A DNA stretch of 64,000 nucleotides, from the NCBI GenBank assembly GCA_038064835.1, contig JBBTSD010000006.1:7669-71668 (forward strand). The letters are read 5' to 3'. Shown in pieces: positions 39,375-48,646 of the stretch. The notes under the pieces were generated by a model. The model ran no database searches. It saw only the letters and a list, made by a program, of their open reading frames with translations, and was not told where the DNA came from. The stretch's first letter is position 1, and every line of letters begins with the position of its first letter. The stretch is from Patescibacteria group bacterium (lineage in GTDB: Bacteria; Patescibacteriota; Minisyncoccia; Phycocordibacterales; UBA2100). The position numbers were made by a program, and so were the translations under genes.

Positions 39375-39740
39375 GTGGTGACAACTATACGGCATTGGCT
39401 GGGTAAAATCAAGGGGGAGGGGGGTGCGCAATTTATAACACCCCTGCTCGTTATTTTGGTCGGTCTGGGAGGATACGCCATTGGGCGAATTCAAACAGTT
39501 CCCAATAATACTCTCTCTGCAACAGCCATCCAGGCATTATCCAGGGAACCCGTTGCCCCTCACCAGGCCCCGAAAACTAACGGGAAGGTAGTCGCCTCAA
39601 AAACAGGTAAAAAGTATCATCTACCTTGGTGCGGGGGCGCACGAACTATTGCAGAAGACAAGAAAGTGTGGTTTGAAACTTCCACGGAAGCGCGTGCGGC
39701 TGGCTACCTGCCTGCCCAGAACTGCCAAGGGATTGAGTGA
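39375..39740 (+). CDS. Membrane-anchored protein with a C-terminal Ada-N-terminal-like (Ada_Zn_binding-like) domain that lacks two of the four Zn Cys
   Basis: KKYHLPWCGGARTIAEDKKVWFETSTEARAAGYLPAQNC parallels the Ada N-terminal segment IFCRPSCRARHALRENVSFYANASEALAAGFRPCKRC. Confidence 0.45.
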   Translation: MVTTIRHWLGKIKGEGGAQFITPLLVILVGLGGYAIGRIQTVPNNTLSATAIQALSREPVAPHQAPKTNGKVVASKTGKKYHLPWCGGARTIAEDKKVWFETSTEARAAGYLPAQNCQGIE

Positions 39741-39814
39741 TTGATACGAAAGAGCCCCCGCAGAGATGCGGGGGCTAGATTGACTACGCTGTCACGATGG
39801 CAAAAACGGCGCCT

Positions 39815-40417
39815 TTATTTGACACCGCGAAGGTGTCGTTCCGCCTGCCAGTCCATAATATTGCCGACCAGATGATAGGTATAGTTGATGAGCTCGCGGA
39901 CCATGTCCGAGAACACAAAGACCATGCCGTCCCAGGGCCACAGGAACCACCAACGCTTGAATTGCTTCTCGTTGTAGGCGGCGCTGGGCCTGGGGCCGAT
40001 TCGAACTGTATAGACGCTCTTCCATTCTTTGACCTTATCTTCAGGAAGAACCGTCAGGGTACGCTCTTTCAAATAGATCACCTGGAGCGCATCGTGCTTG
40101 CGGCGCCACTCGGGGACATAGAGCTCCCAGCGCAACAGCGCGTAGAGCAGGCCGACCGAAACATAGATGGCAACAAGCACGAGTGCTCGCAACCATCGAC
40201 TCCGCAAATAGGCGATGAGGGTGACGCCAGGGATTATATGGAGCAGGAAGCCGCCTGCCACCATAATCGCGAGCGCACCGGCGCCGACATACCAGTCGGA
40301 ATCGAAGCTCAGGAGAGGGAAGAAGAGGGCGAACCCTCCTGCCAAGATGATCCAAACCCATGTCCCTTCGGAAAGACCGAAAGGGGTGTTGTGGGCTGGG
40401 CTGCGCGTCTGGGCCAT
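39815..40417 (-). CDS. Hypothetical membrane protein (200 aa)
   Basis: Two to three TM helices. SD aagagga 8 nt upstream of the ATG. Preferred over the overlapping + strand ORF 39797-40438, which is acidic, low-complexity and has no SD. Confidence 0.45.
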   Translation of the reverse strand: MAQTRSPAHNTPFGLSEGTWVWIILAGGFALFFPLLSFDSDWYVGAGALAIMVAGGFLLHIIPGVTLIAYLRSRWLRALVLVAIYVSVGLLYALLRWELYVPEWRRKHDALQVIYLKERTLTVLPEDKVKEWKSVYTVRIGPRPSAAYNEKQFKRWWFLWPWDGMVFVFSDMVRELINYTYHLVGNIMDWQAERHLRGVK

Positions 40418-40521
40418 GAGAAATCCTCTTTTGTTTAAAGCTGCCGGCGAACGAGCTGGGATGCATAGTATGCCACGCTTTTTATGTTGTCAAGTTCTAA
40501 AAGAGCGAGTACAATAATCCG

Positions 40522-41133
40522 ATGATTGTTATTGATGTCGAGGCCTCGGGAACTGAGTATCACCAGCATTCAATTGTGTCCCTAGGTGCGCTCGATTTAG
40601 ACAATCCCACCAATCAGTTTTATGACGAATGTCGCGTGTGGGATGGAGCGCATATCATGGAAGGGGCGCTTGCGGTAAATGGCTTTACTGAAGCAGAGAT
40701 CACTGATCCAAAACGAAAACCAGAGAGCGAGCTCATCACCGCATTTTTGGCCTGGAGTGAGGAAATTGCCGATCGTACATTCGTGGGGCAAAATGTTTCG
40801 TTTGACAGGGATTTTGTTCGTGCCGCATGTGCAAGGGCCCATCTGGATTACGACTTTGCATACCGCACTATCGATACACATACACTTGGATGGATGCATA
40901 TGACCTTACGCGGGTTGCCACGCCCCGTTGATAGCGTAAAACGGCGATCTGCACTCGACCTAGACGCAGTCTTAAACTATGTCGGTATACCAGCAGAACC
41001 AACACCACACAATGCACTTACCGGGGCACTCTCGCATGCTGAAGTCGCCTCCAGATTGTTGTACAATAAGCCCCTCCTTCCTGAATTTGCGGCATTTCCC
41101 ATTCCATGGACCGGTCACCTTGGTCCGATATGA
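40522..41133 (+). CDS. DEDDh 3'-5' exonuclease domain protein (DnaQ/RNase T-like)
   Basis: Exo I IVIDVEASG, Exo II GQNVSFDRDFV and Exo III DTHTL. Confidence 0.7.
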   Translation: MIVIDVEASGTEYHQHSIVSLGALDLDNPTNQFYDECRVWDGAHIMEGALAVNGFTEAEITDPKRKPESELITAFLAWSEEIADRTFVGQNVSFDRDFVRAACARAHLDYDFAYRTIDTHTLGWMHMTLRGLPRPVDSVKRRSALDLDAVLNYVGIPAEPTPHNALTGALSHAEVASRLLYNKPLLPEFAAFPIPWTGHLGPI

Positions 41134-41567
41134 ATAAGGCGGGAGAGGGAAGAGAAGTGAAGCGTGGTTTTACCGCCGGTAGCTTTGATCTCTGTCATGC
41201 CGGGCATATACGCATGTTTCGCGATTGCAAATCCGTGTGCGATTACTTGGTAGTCGCTGTACAAGAAGATCCAAGTATCGATCGCCCTGAAAAAAACAAG
41301 CCGGTCATGTCGCTTGCTGAGCGGCTTGAAATTGTGAGTGCGTTAAAGTATGTAGACGAAGTAATTACTTACCGCACTGAAAAAGACTTGTTCGAACTGT
41401 TGTCGCTCATTCCGTTTGATGTGCGTATCCTCGGGTCAGATTGGGAAGGTAAGCCGTTTACCGGACACGAACTACCGCACACTTTTTATTTTCATCGTCG
41501 CAACCATACATTCTCATCAAGTGAACTTCGCAAACGCATTTATGAAGCAGAAAAAAATAGCATCTAA
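41130..41567 (+). CDS. Cytidylyltransferase-like protein (TagD / RfaE domain II / nucleotidyl-transferase superfamily)
   Basis: GFTAGSFDLCHAGHIRMF matches the G-x-F-D-x-x-H-x-G-H signature. The ATG overlaps the upstream stop (ATGA). Confidence 0.65.
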   Translation: MNKAGEGREVKRGFTAGSFDLCHAGHIRMFRDCKSVCDYLVVAVQEDPSIDRPEKNKPVMSLAERLEIVSALKYVDEVITYRTEKDLFELLSLIPFDVRILGSDWEGKPFTGHELPHTFYFHRRNHTFSSSELRKRIYEAEKNSI

Positions 41568-42396
41568 AAAGTTTCCTAGCCGGCGCGTTAGCGCTCGGGT
41601 CACTTCGGCTGCACTTGCACGCACTACAACATCGTGGGATGCAGTTGCCGATTGGTATGATGCGCACCTCGCTACAGGCGATACTTATCACGATCGTGTT
41701 ATTTTGCCAAACATTGCTCGCTTACTTGCCCCAACTCGCGGTCGTCCTATTTTGGAAATCGGGTGCGGTGAAGGACGCATTGCACGATCGCTTGAAAAGG
41801 ATGGTCATCGTTTGGTCGCGTGTGATATTTCTGCCGAACTTATTAAAAAAGCACGAGCATATGAAGATGCCATTTCATATCATGTTGCGCCAGCTGAGAA
41901 ACTTACCTTTGCGGCAAATGGCATTTTTCATACTGCTCTTGCGGTGATGACTCTGCAAAACATGGAACGGCTGGAGCCGGTTTTTGCAGAGGTTGCGCGC
42001 GTCCTCTCTCCTCGTGGACGGTTAATCGCCGTCATTAATCATCCAGCTTTTCGGGTGCCGCGGAATTCATCATGGGGCTTTGACGCAAAAAACAACCTGC
42101 AATATCGCCGCATTGATAAATATCTCTCGGCACAAACAGTTTCAATCAACATGCATCCTGGTGGCAGACAGGGAATCGAGGCACAAACTACTAAATCGTA
42201 CCACCGTTCATTGCAGGATTATATTAAAGCATTACGCGCGCAAGGATTTGCGCTTCTCCGACTCGAAGAGTGGATATCGGATAAAGTAAGTGAACCCGGG
42301 AAGCGAGCTGATGCGGAAAATACGGCACGAAAGGAATTTCCGCTTTTCATGGCCTTCGAAGCTATTAAAATTGCACATCCCGGTTCGTTGCTCTAG
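41542..42396 (+). CDS. Class I SAM-dependent methyltransferase
   Basis: Motif I ILEIGCGEGRIA and motif II-III region. Start taken at ATG 41542 (MKQKKIAS...) inside the longer ORF-track frame. Confidence 0.65.
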   Translation: MKQKKIASKKFPSRRVSARVTSAALARTTTSWDAVADWYDAHLATGDTYHDRVILPNIARLLAPTRGRPILEIGCGEGRIARSLEKDGHRLVACDISAELIKKARAYEDAISYHVAPAEKLTFAANGIFHTALAVMTLQNMERLEPVFAEVARVLSPRGRLIAVINHPAFRVPRNSSWGFDAKNNLQYRRIDKYLSAQTVSINMHPGGRQGIEAQTTKSYHRSLQDYIKALRAQGFALLRLEEWISDKVSEPGKRADAENTARKEFPLFMAFEAIKIAHPGSLL

Positions 42397-42503
42397 TGCG
42401 CAGTTTTCTTATCCCCAACAAATCCGACTGTATCTTGACAGCACTAGTGGCAAGCAGACACTGAGTCTAGTACTGATGGCCTAGGCCAAAAAGGAAAGGA
42501 AAT

Positions 42504-42944
42504 GTGATGCAACGGAATACCGTGCGCCTTTCGATGTTGGCCTTCCTTGTCGGGGCCGGACTCTTTACACTGACTACAACTGCACGAAGCGCCGGAAGTC
42601 AGTGGCTCCCAGGCACAATTCTTGCAGAAGCTAGTGCAATGTTGTGCGACACACAGAGACAAATTGAGACCCTTTTGAGTCGCGTCTTGAACGGTGTCCC
42701 GGGCCCTCAAGCGCTTACCGAAATAAATCGAGAAGCGCTGAAAATGAACGCATGTGGGCATGCACCAAGAGTCAACCTAAAAATTGTTCGGGTTGTACGC
42801 ACAAAGGCATTCCAGAAAAAAAACGGCCTTTTCTATCACTTCGACATCCTTGAGGTCCAGGTCATCGACTTTGGGGGAGTGGTGCAGTTTCTCGCCGCGC
42901 ATGATCCTTCTGTACATCCATACTACGAAGTTCAGTACCGATGA
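42504..42944 (+). CDS. Secreted hypothetical protein with signal peptide
   Basis: SD aaaggaaaggaa. Signal peptide LSMLAFLVGAGLFTLTTTARSA. Confidence 0.45.
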   Translation: MMQRNTVRLSMLAFLVGAGLFTLTTTARSAGSQWLPGTILAEASAMLCDTQRQIETLLSRVLNGVPGPQALTEINREALKMNACGHAPRVNLKIVRVVRTKAFQKKNGLFYHFDILEVQVIDFGGVVQFLAAHDPSVHPYYEVQYR

Positions 42945-42997
42945 GAAGAGAACTGTATCGGCTCAAAAGAGCGTGCGTAAACTCTCTCGCGCACAGT

Positions 42998-43029
42998 AAA
43001 CGGTCGTCAGCATCTGACGACCGTTTTTG
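42998..43029 (+). terminator. Intrinsic terminator
   Basis: aaacggtcgtcag-cat-ctgacgaccgttttt. Confidence 0.75.
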
Positions 43030-43155
43030 AGTTAAAAAATCTACCTAGGGAGGGGAAGTAGCACAATCCTCAAGTGGGACAAACCTAGAATCTGGCGGCC
43101 TCCAAGCGTGTCGCACAATATATCTTTTGCGACATGGGATGGGGCAACCTGGTGG

Positions 43156-44430
43156 CTAAAGATACTCCAGAGGATCCAGATATGCATTGAGTGGTGCGAT
43201 TGGTATCACTGCATCCGCACAGTTTGTCTTACTCTTCGCATCGCCTAGGCGCTTAAGCTGTACAGCCTCGCTCGCGTATACGGTAAAATGCAAATGCGGA
43301 CCCGTCGAATATCCTGTGTTGCCGCTATATCCAATAATCTCTCGGGCATTCACTTTTTGACCCTCCCCTACTTGGATATCCGAGAGGTGGGCATAGAGAG
43401 TGGAGAGCCCATTTTCATGCTTGATAAGGACCCATTTTCCGTATGAGTAACATCCTTTGTAGACATCAGTATTTCCGACACCGATAATTTTTCCGTCGAG
43501 CGCACTTTTAATCGGCGTGCCTATCGACGCACGCAAATCAATTCCGTTATGGCCTTTACCTGCATAAGCACCTGATTTAGCGAAGGCTGTGTTGCCAAAT
43601 TTCTGTGTGACCTTTACCTGGTCCAGCGGCCATGAGAGCACGCCACTACCTGCAGACGGTAGGCGTGTTGGGTCGAGAGTAAATGCAAGCTGTGACTCGA
43701 GAGCGTTCATCTGTGCCTCGAATTCAACCTTCGCTGCTTTTTTTGCGGCGAGTATCTTTTGGTACTCTGACTCACGGGAGTTGGTATCAGAGAGAAGTTT
43801 TTTAGTCTCGCTACGAGTGACCTCAAGTGCTCGCTTTTGCGTTTCAAAGTCTTTCTTCTGTCCTAACAAAATCTTCTTTTGTTCAGATTCCTTTGTGCGA
43901 ACCTCTTCAGTACTTCGTTTATCCTTTTGTAGAGACTGTACGCGAGCTTGTATGGCCTCCCGAGCCTTCAAGGCAGAGTCAATTGTCGTCCACGCCTGGC
44001 TTGCAGAATCTGACCCAAGGAGGAGTTCCACGAGTGATTGATCTTCCTGTTCGTTGACTTGTCGAAAAAGAGACGCCAGCCCAGCAACACCGCGCTCAAT
44101 AGACGCTGTGGCAGTAGCAATCGAAGCCTCAAGCTCACTAATTTTTTGTTCCGTCCTGACGATCTTGCTTTGCTCGACAGTGATTTGACTAGTAATTTTC
44201 TTGCGAGACAGGTCAATAATGTTAACTGCCCCCTGGAGAGTCTGTTTTTCTTTGCCGACAGCATCCAATTGTTTTTCAAACTGCAGGATCTCCTTTTCAA
44301 TCTGCTCTATAGTACTGCTTTGTACCTCAATGCGCTGTTTCAGCTCTTCGGCCGTTTGAGCAAGTAGTAACGAGCTAGGTACAGTACCCATGAGGCCAAG
44401 CACCAAAAAAAGCAGTCTGCCTGAAATCAT
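43156..44430 (-). CDS. M23 peptidoglycan DD-metalloendopeptidase with N-terminal coiled-coil (EnvC-like)
   Basis: Signal peptide, about 250 aa of coiled-coil, then M23 motifs HNGIDL...YAHLSDIQVGEGQKV...GNTGYSTGPHLHF. Confidence 0.85.
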   Translation of the reverse strand: MISGRLLFLVLGLMGTVPSSLLLAQTAEELKQRIEVQSSTIEQIEKEILQFEKQLDAVGKEKQTLQGAVNIIDLSRKKITSQITVEQSKIVRTEQKISELEASIATATASIERGVAGLASLFRQVNEQEDQSLVELLLGSDSASQAWTTIDSALKAREAIQARVQSLQKDKRSTEEVRTKESEQKKILLGQKKDFETQKRALEVTRSETKKLLSDTNSRESEYQKILAAKKAAKVEFEAQMNALESQLAFTLDPTRLPSAGSGVLSWPLDQVKVTQKFGNTAFAKSGAYAGKGHNGIDLRASIGTPIKSALDGKIIGVGNTDVYKGCYSYGKWVLIKHENGLSTLYAHLSDIQVGEGQKVNAREIIGYSGNTGYSTGPHLHFTVYASEAVQLKRLGDAKSKTNCADAVIPIAPLNAYLDPLEYL

Positions 44431-44476
44431 GGCATTATTCTAACATCCTGGAGGAAAGTTCTTCCTGTAAACCTTC

Positions 44477-45808
44477 TTATTGTAGCGCTGTGATAGCGGT
44501 TTTAATGCGTGCCAAAGCCGTTGCTTTCCCAAGTAGAACCAGCACGGTAAAAGGATCCGGTGACCGCTCCTGTCCAGTCAGAGCGAAGCGCAGTGGCCAC
44601 AACACATTGCCGCGGCCATTCTCCTCAGCGTAAGGCATAATAAGAGCTTTTATAGCGTCAGTATCTGCAAATACTGGTACCGGGGCATCGTTAAGAATTG
44701 TTGCGAGGTGAGTCAGGTGTTGAGCCGCGATGCTTGGCGCATCCTTTTTCCAGGGGATTTGAACAGGGTTTGGGGCAGGATCGTGAATCAAAAAGTGAAG
44801 CTCTCCGCCTTCAGCAAACATCTGGTCAAGCTCACTCCAGGTGGCTATTCTCTCGCGAATCAGAGGAATAATTCGAGGCATCTCGGATACCGAGATAGCA
44901 TACCGAGATAGCCGAGAAGTGGCTTCTTTGTTGAATTCCTCAGCAGGAAGCCGCTGTATATATTCGCGGTTAAACCAATTAAGTTTTTGAACATCGAAGA
45001 TCGCTCCACTCTTCTGAATTTGAGACAAGTCGAAAATGGAAACCAGCTCGTCCATACTAAAAATCTCTTGCGGAGTCCCGGGATTCCAGCCAAGAAGCGC
45101 GAGGTAATTGATGATGGCTTGCGCAGAGTAGCCTTGCGCGCGGTAGTTCTCGATAGAGGCACCGTGCTTACGCTTGGAAAGCTTGGTTCTATCGGGTGCT
45201 AATATAAGAGGGAGATGCCCGTAAATCGGTCTCGGCAACCCGAGAGCCTCCTGGATAAGTATTTGACGCGGTGTGTTAGAGATATGTTCTTCGGCACGCA
45301 ACACATGCGTCACCTGGGCGTCACCATCATCCGCAACCACTGCAAAGTGATAGAGAGGATCATCAATTGACCGTGCAATAACAAAATCACCCAGTTCCTT
45401 TGTATCAAACGAGACTTCGCCGCGAATAGCGTCATCAAAAGTGACACGAGTGCCTGGATTCTTGAGGCGGACAACTTCAACTTTTCGGCCAGAACCATCC
45501 TTAGCTTCCTCTTTCGAAATATACGCTACTCCCCTGTCGACCAGTTTTTTGAGCAATTCGCGGTGCCTATCCAAATGCTGTGACTGAATAAAGCGCTCAT
45601 CGGTAGGGATGCCGCACCAACTGAAGTCATCCCAAATTGCAGTTACCCATTCATCTTTATTTCGCTCTTTGTCGGTATCCTCGACACGCACAAAAAAAGT
45701 TCCGCCATGACGCTTGGCAAAGAGATAGTTAAACAAAGCAGTCCGAACAGTCCCTATATGCATCCGGCCTGTAGGGCTTGGGGCAATTCGTGTGCGGGGT
45801 ATCATCAC
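44477..45808 (-). CDS. gltX: Glutamyl-tRNA synthetase
   Basis: RIAPSPTGRMHIGTVRTALFNYLFAKRHGGTFFVRVEDTD (HIGH region) and KLSKRKHG (KMSKS). Confidence 0.9.
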   Translation of the reverse strand: MMIPRTRIAPSPTGRMHIGTVRTALFNYLFAKRHGGTFFVRVEDTDKERNKDEWVTAIWDDFSWCGIPTDERFIQSQHLDRHRELLKKLVDRGVAYISKEEAKDGSGRKVEVVRLKNPGTRVTFDDAIRGEVSFDTKELGDFVIARSIDDPLYHFAVVADDGDAQVTHVLRAEEHISNTPRQILIQEALGLPRPIYGHLPLILAPDRTKLSKRKHGASIENYRAQGYSAQAIINYLALLGWNPGTPQEIFSMDELVSIFDLSQIQKSGAIFDVQKLNWFNREYIQRLPAEEFNKEATSRLSRYAISVSEMPRIIPLIRERIATWSELDQMFAEGGELHFLIHDPAPNPVQIPWKKDAPSIAAQHLTHLATILNDAPVPVFADTDAIKALIMPYAEENGRGNVLWPLRFALTGQERSPDPFTVLVLLGKATALARIKTAITALQ

Positions 45809-45814
45809 TACACT

Positions 45815-46270
45815 CTACCCTTTTGTATGAAATACGAAAGACCCCCGTGAGCTAGGCTCAACGGGGGTCTCGATAACCGAAAACAAAGTGACTCCAGAAG
45901 CCGTTTGGGTTCGGTCTTGCGGACCTACTTGGTTCCATTTTTGGAACCTGGAGGGCTGCTTGCCCTCCACCACGCGGTTTTCGCAAATCCCCTGTCCCTT
46001 CCTACTAGGACACAACTTGGGGCTTGCTATCTGGCATGCTGGTCGCGAGAACGGGTTGCAAGCCGCTCGCTCGCCTGGTGCTCGTATCTACGAACCCCAG
46101 ACTAAACTGAAAGGACAGTTCGCTACAGGAGGTTTTCCACATCTCCTGTCCCCTGGTTGTCAGGGGGATCCCCTCAAATTTTTGTCAGCACGGGTGGTCA
46201 CCCAAGAAGCCAAAAGGCTACTTTCGAACTCTTGGGTGACCACTCAATCTCTGTGTATATAATATCACCT
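45815..46270. ncRNA. About 450-bp non-coding stretch with multiple stable hairpins between murG and gltX. Candidate structured RNA or long gltX leader; identity unresolved.
   Basis: No credible ORF. The minus strand holds perfect stems such as ggtcacccaaga/tcttgggtgacc, ggagggc-aagca-gccctcc and ggttcca-aaaa-tggaacc. One segment, GGGGAUUUGCGAAAACC, resembles the tmRNA 5' region GGGAUUUGCGAAACC. Confidence 0.3.
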
Positions 46271-46296
46271 ACCTACAGTCTTGTCAAGTACTTTCG

Positions 46297-46326
46297 TAGA
46301 GAGTCCGAAAAAACCCTTGTTTTCCA
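46297..46326 (-). terminator. Probable terminator downstream of murG
   Basis: Imperfect hairpin aaaacccttg-tttt-ccagggttttt with U-runs on both strands, next to the murG stop. Confidence 0.4.
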
Positions 46327-46366
46327 GGGTTTTTAGTCCGTCTAAAATTCATGCATTTTCGTATCA

Positions 46367-47506
46367 CTACTCAACATGGCCGAGGGCAATCTGCACAACT
46401 GCGCTGGCAATTGTGCGGGCGGCATCCCGTTTCGCAAAAGTGAGCGCCGCTTTTTTCATAGTCTCTATACCAGCTGAATCGTTGATTATACGGTCGATTT
46501 CTGCCACGAGCAGATGAGGCGAGAGGTTTTCTTGTTCAATGACAATTGCGGCGCCGGTGCGCGCATAAGAAAATGCATTGCGCACCTGGTCATGAGAAAC
46601 ATCAATAGGTATAGGGATTAAAATAGCAGGAATACCCCACGATCCAACTTCAAAAATAGTTCCGGATCCAGCACGACAAATGACCAGATTTGAAACTCCC
46701 GCTGCCATGCGCAAGGCAAGTGTGTTTAGAAGGCCAAATGCGCGATAGCGGTTGTCATATCGCGTTTTTGCAATAATGGCTGAAGTCATTCCTTTGATTT
46801 CTTCAAGATGCTCACGCCCTGTTTGGTGGATGATGTTGTACCGTTCAATGAGTGTCGGAATTGTATCGAGGAGGGCGTTATTCACGGCCTGTGCTCCTTG
46901 CGAACCTCCTAACACAAAAATGGTAGGGACCGTAGGATCAATCTGCAAAAATTCGTGGCCACCTTCGGTGGCAGGGTGTTCTATTGCCCTGCGGATAGGG
47001 TGTCCAGTATTGGCAATCCTGTCGCGTGTTGCTTCTGGAAAATTACTTGCGGCATCTGGATGGGCGACAGCAATATATTCCGCAAATTTCGACGACCACA
47101 AGGAAACAATTCCTGGCTCGGCATCTGCGTCGTATATAACAACAGGGATGCGAAGTATCCGCGCCGCCACTAAGGTTGGAAACGCTGCGTAGCCTCCTGT
47201 ACTGACCACAACATCCGGATAGATTGAGTAAAGTTGCCCAATCGACTGGACAATCCCCCATGCAGTTTTGAAGAAGTCGAAGAGATTAAGTGCTGATGCA
47301 AATCGCCGCAACTTCCCTGCTGGCGCCCATCGGTGCTCGATATCAAGTTCGATCAGCGAATCACGGTCAAATGGATTTGGACCAAGATGAATGAGTTTTG
47401 GAGTAATGAGACGGCGTTCAGCGGCAATTTCATATATGCGCTCCGCAATCGCCATTAGCGGGTAAAAATGTCCACCACTCCCCCCACCAGTCAAAACGAT
47501 ACGCAT
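46367..47506 (-). CDS. murG: UDP-GlcNAc:undecaprenyl-PP-MurNAc-pentapeptide GlcNAc transferase
   Basis: MRIVLTGGGSGGHFYPLMAIAERI N-terminus plus the GT28 C-terminal domain. Confidence 0.9.
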   Translation of the reverse strand: MRIVLTGGGSGGHFYPLMAIAERIYEIAAERRLITPKLIHLGPNPFDRDSLIELDIEHRWAPAGKLRRFASALNLFDFFKTAWGIVQSIGQLYSIYPDVVVSTGGYAAFPTLVAARILRIPVVIYDADAEPGIVSLWSSKFAEYIAVAHPDAASNFPEATRDRIANTGHPIRRAIEHPATEGGHEFLQIDPTVPTIFVLGGSQGAQAVNNALLDTIPTLIERYNIIHQTGREHLEEIKGMTSAIIAKTRYDNRYRAFGLLNTLALRMAAGVSNLVICRAGSGTIFEVGSWGIPAILIPIPIDVSHDQVRNAFSYARTGAAIVIEQENLSPHLLVAEIDRIINDSAGIETMKKAALTFAKRDAARTIASAVVQIALGHVE

Positions 47507-47520
47507 AGATACAGTATAGC

Positions 47521-48642
47521 CTACCCAGAAAAATTAAAGCGCGCGTGGCGAGACACATTGAGCACTATCCCTGATGCCCCCAAAGCAACTAAAAGCGCAG
47601 TACCCCCTTGACTGACAAAAATAAGCGGGATTCCTGTGAGTGGCGCGACCCCTAGCAGTGCGGCAATGTTTAAAAAGGATTGGACAACAATATAGGTCAC
47701 AATCCCGACAACCAAAAGAGCGCCAAAACGGTCGGGAGCGTGAGCGGCAATCGAAAGACCGCGGACAAGGAAGAGCACAAAGGTGCTAATCAGTAGTAGC
47801 CCACCAATGAAACCAAACTCTTCCGCAATAATCGCAAAGATTGAGTCTCCGGCCGGCTCGGGCAAGTGCTCAAATTTTTGGAGACTATTTCCGTAACCAC
47901 GCCCGTACATACCGCCGGCACCAATTGCAATAAACGATTGCTCAATCTGATAGCCAGAGGTCTGATGATTTTCAACTGGATGAAACAAAAAAGTCATGAC
48001 GCGCTCTCGTGCGTAATCATGCACCACCAAAAGCATGGCAAAAAGACAGACACCCGCCAAAATAAGTGCACCAATGTGTTTCCCTGGCGCACCAGAAGCT
48101 AGGAACATCGCACCACCTGTTGCAGCCATAATCCCGAAAGTGCCATTGTCGGGCTGTAAGAGCACCACGACAGCAGCTGCAGAAAGTATCGCTAAAAACC
48201 CTCCCAGGCCATAACGGAGATCTTCAATTTTTTCTTTGATACTGCTCAGATAGGCAGCTAGAGCTATGATTAAAGCGACTTTAAGAGGTTCGCTCGGTTG
48301 TAGAGAAAAACCAAAGATATCTATCCATCGGTACGCTCCGCCATGCTTGAATCCGATTCCAGGGACGAACACAAGCCCCGTGAGGATGATTGCTCCCAAA
48401 AAAATGAATGGGGCTGCATTTCTCCAAAACTTGTAGGGTAACGAAGTGGTAATGAACAGAGCGACAAGTCCTAGGCCTAGGCCTAGGCCAATGTGCCCCG
48501 CAATAACACTTGCTACAGGTGTCCCCTCGCGAGCAACAAGGCCGAGTATAGCCGAGCTAAATACAAAAATTCCAAAAATGACAAGAGCACCAAGAATAAC
48601 GCTGAAAACTACATCGACTCGTTTTCCTTTGGTCGAATGCAT
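47521..48642 (-). CDS. ftsW: SEDS-family peptidoglycan glycosyltransferase (FtsW/RodA)
   Basis: 10-TM protein with the conserved loop MYGRGYGNSLQKFEHLPEPAGDSIFAIIAEEFGFIGG. Confidence 0.85.
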   Translation of the reverse strand: MHSTKGKRVDVVFSVILGALVIFGIFVFSSAILGLVAREGTPVASVIAGHIGLGLGLGLVALFITTSLPYKFWRNAAPFIFLGAIILTGLVFVPGIGFKHGGAYRWIDIFGFSLQPSEPLKVALIIALAAYLSSIKEKIEDLRYGLGGFLAILSAAAVVVLLQPDNGTFGIMAATGGAMFLASGAPGKHIGALILAGVCLFAMLLVVHDYARERVMTFLFHPVENHQTSGYQIEQSFIAIGAGGMYGRGYGNSLQKFEHLPEPAGDSIFAIIAEEFGFIGGLLLISTFVLFLVRGLSIAAHAPDRFGALLVVGIVTYIVVQSFLNIAALLGVAPLTGIPLIFVSQGGTALLVALGASGIVLNVSRHARFNFSG

Positions 48643-48646
48643 GGTT

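Noticed and set aside
39797-40438. 213-aa + strand ORF overlapping the 39815-40417 minus-strand gene
   Set aside because: The minus-strand ORF has clear TM helices and a good SD. The + strand product is acidic and low-complexity and has no SD. It is treated as a high-GC antisense artefact.
45888-46262. 124-aa + strand ORF in the gltX-murG spacer
   Set aside because: No SD, no motifs, Trp/Cys/Pro-rich composition. The region is better explained as non-coding structured RNA or leader.
45815-46270. Assignment of the spacer as tmRNA or RNase P RNA
   Set aside because: Only a short tmRNA-like stretch (GGGGAUUUGCGAAAACC) matches. No GGGG...CCA acceptor pairing, tag reading frame, P4 (GGAAAGUCCGG / CCGGCUUA) or T-loop could be found by eye. 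It is kept only as an unassigned candidate ncRNA.
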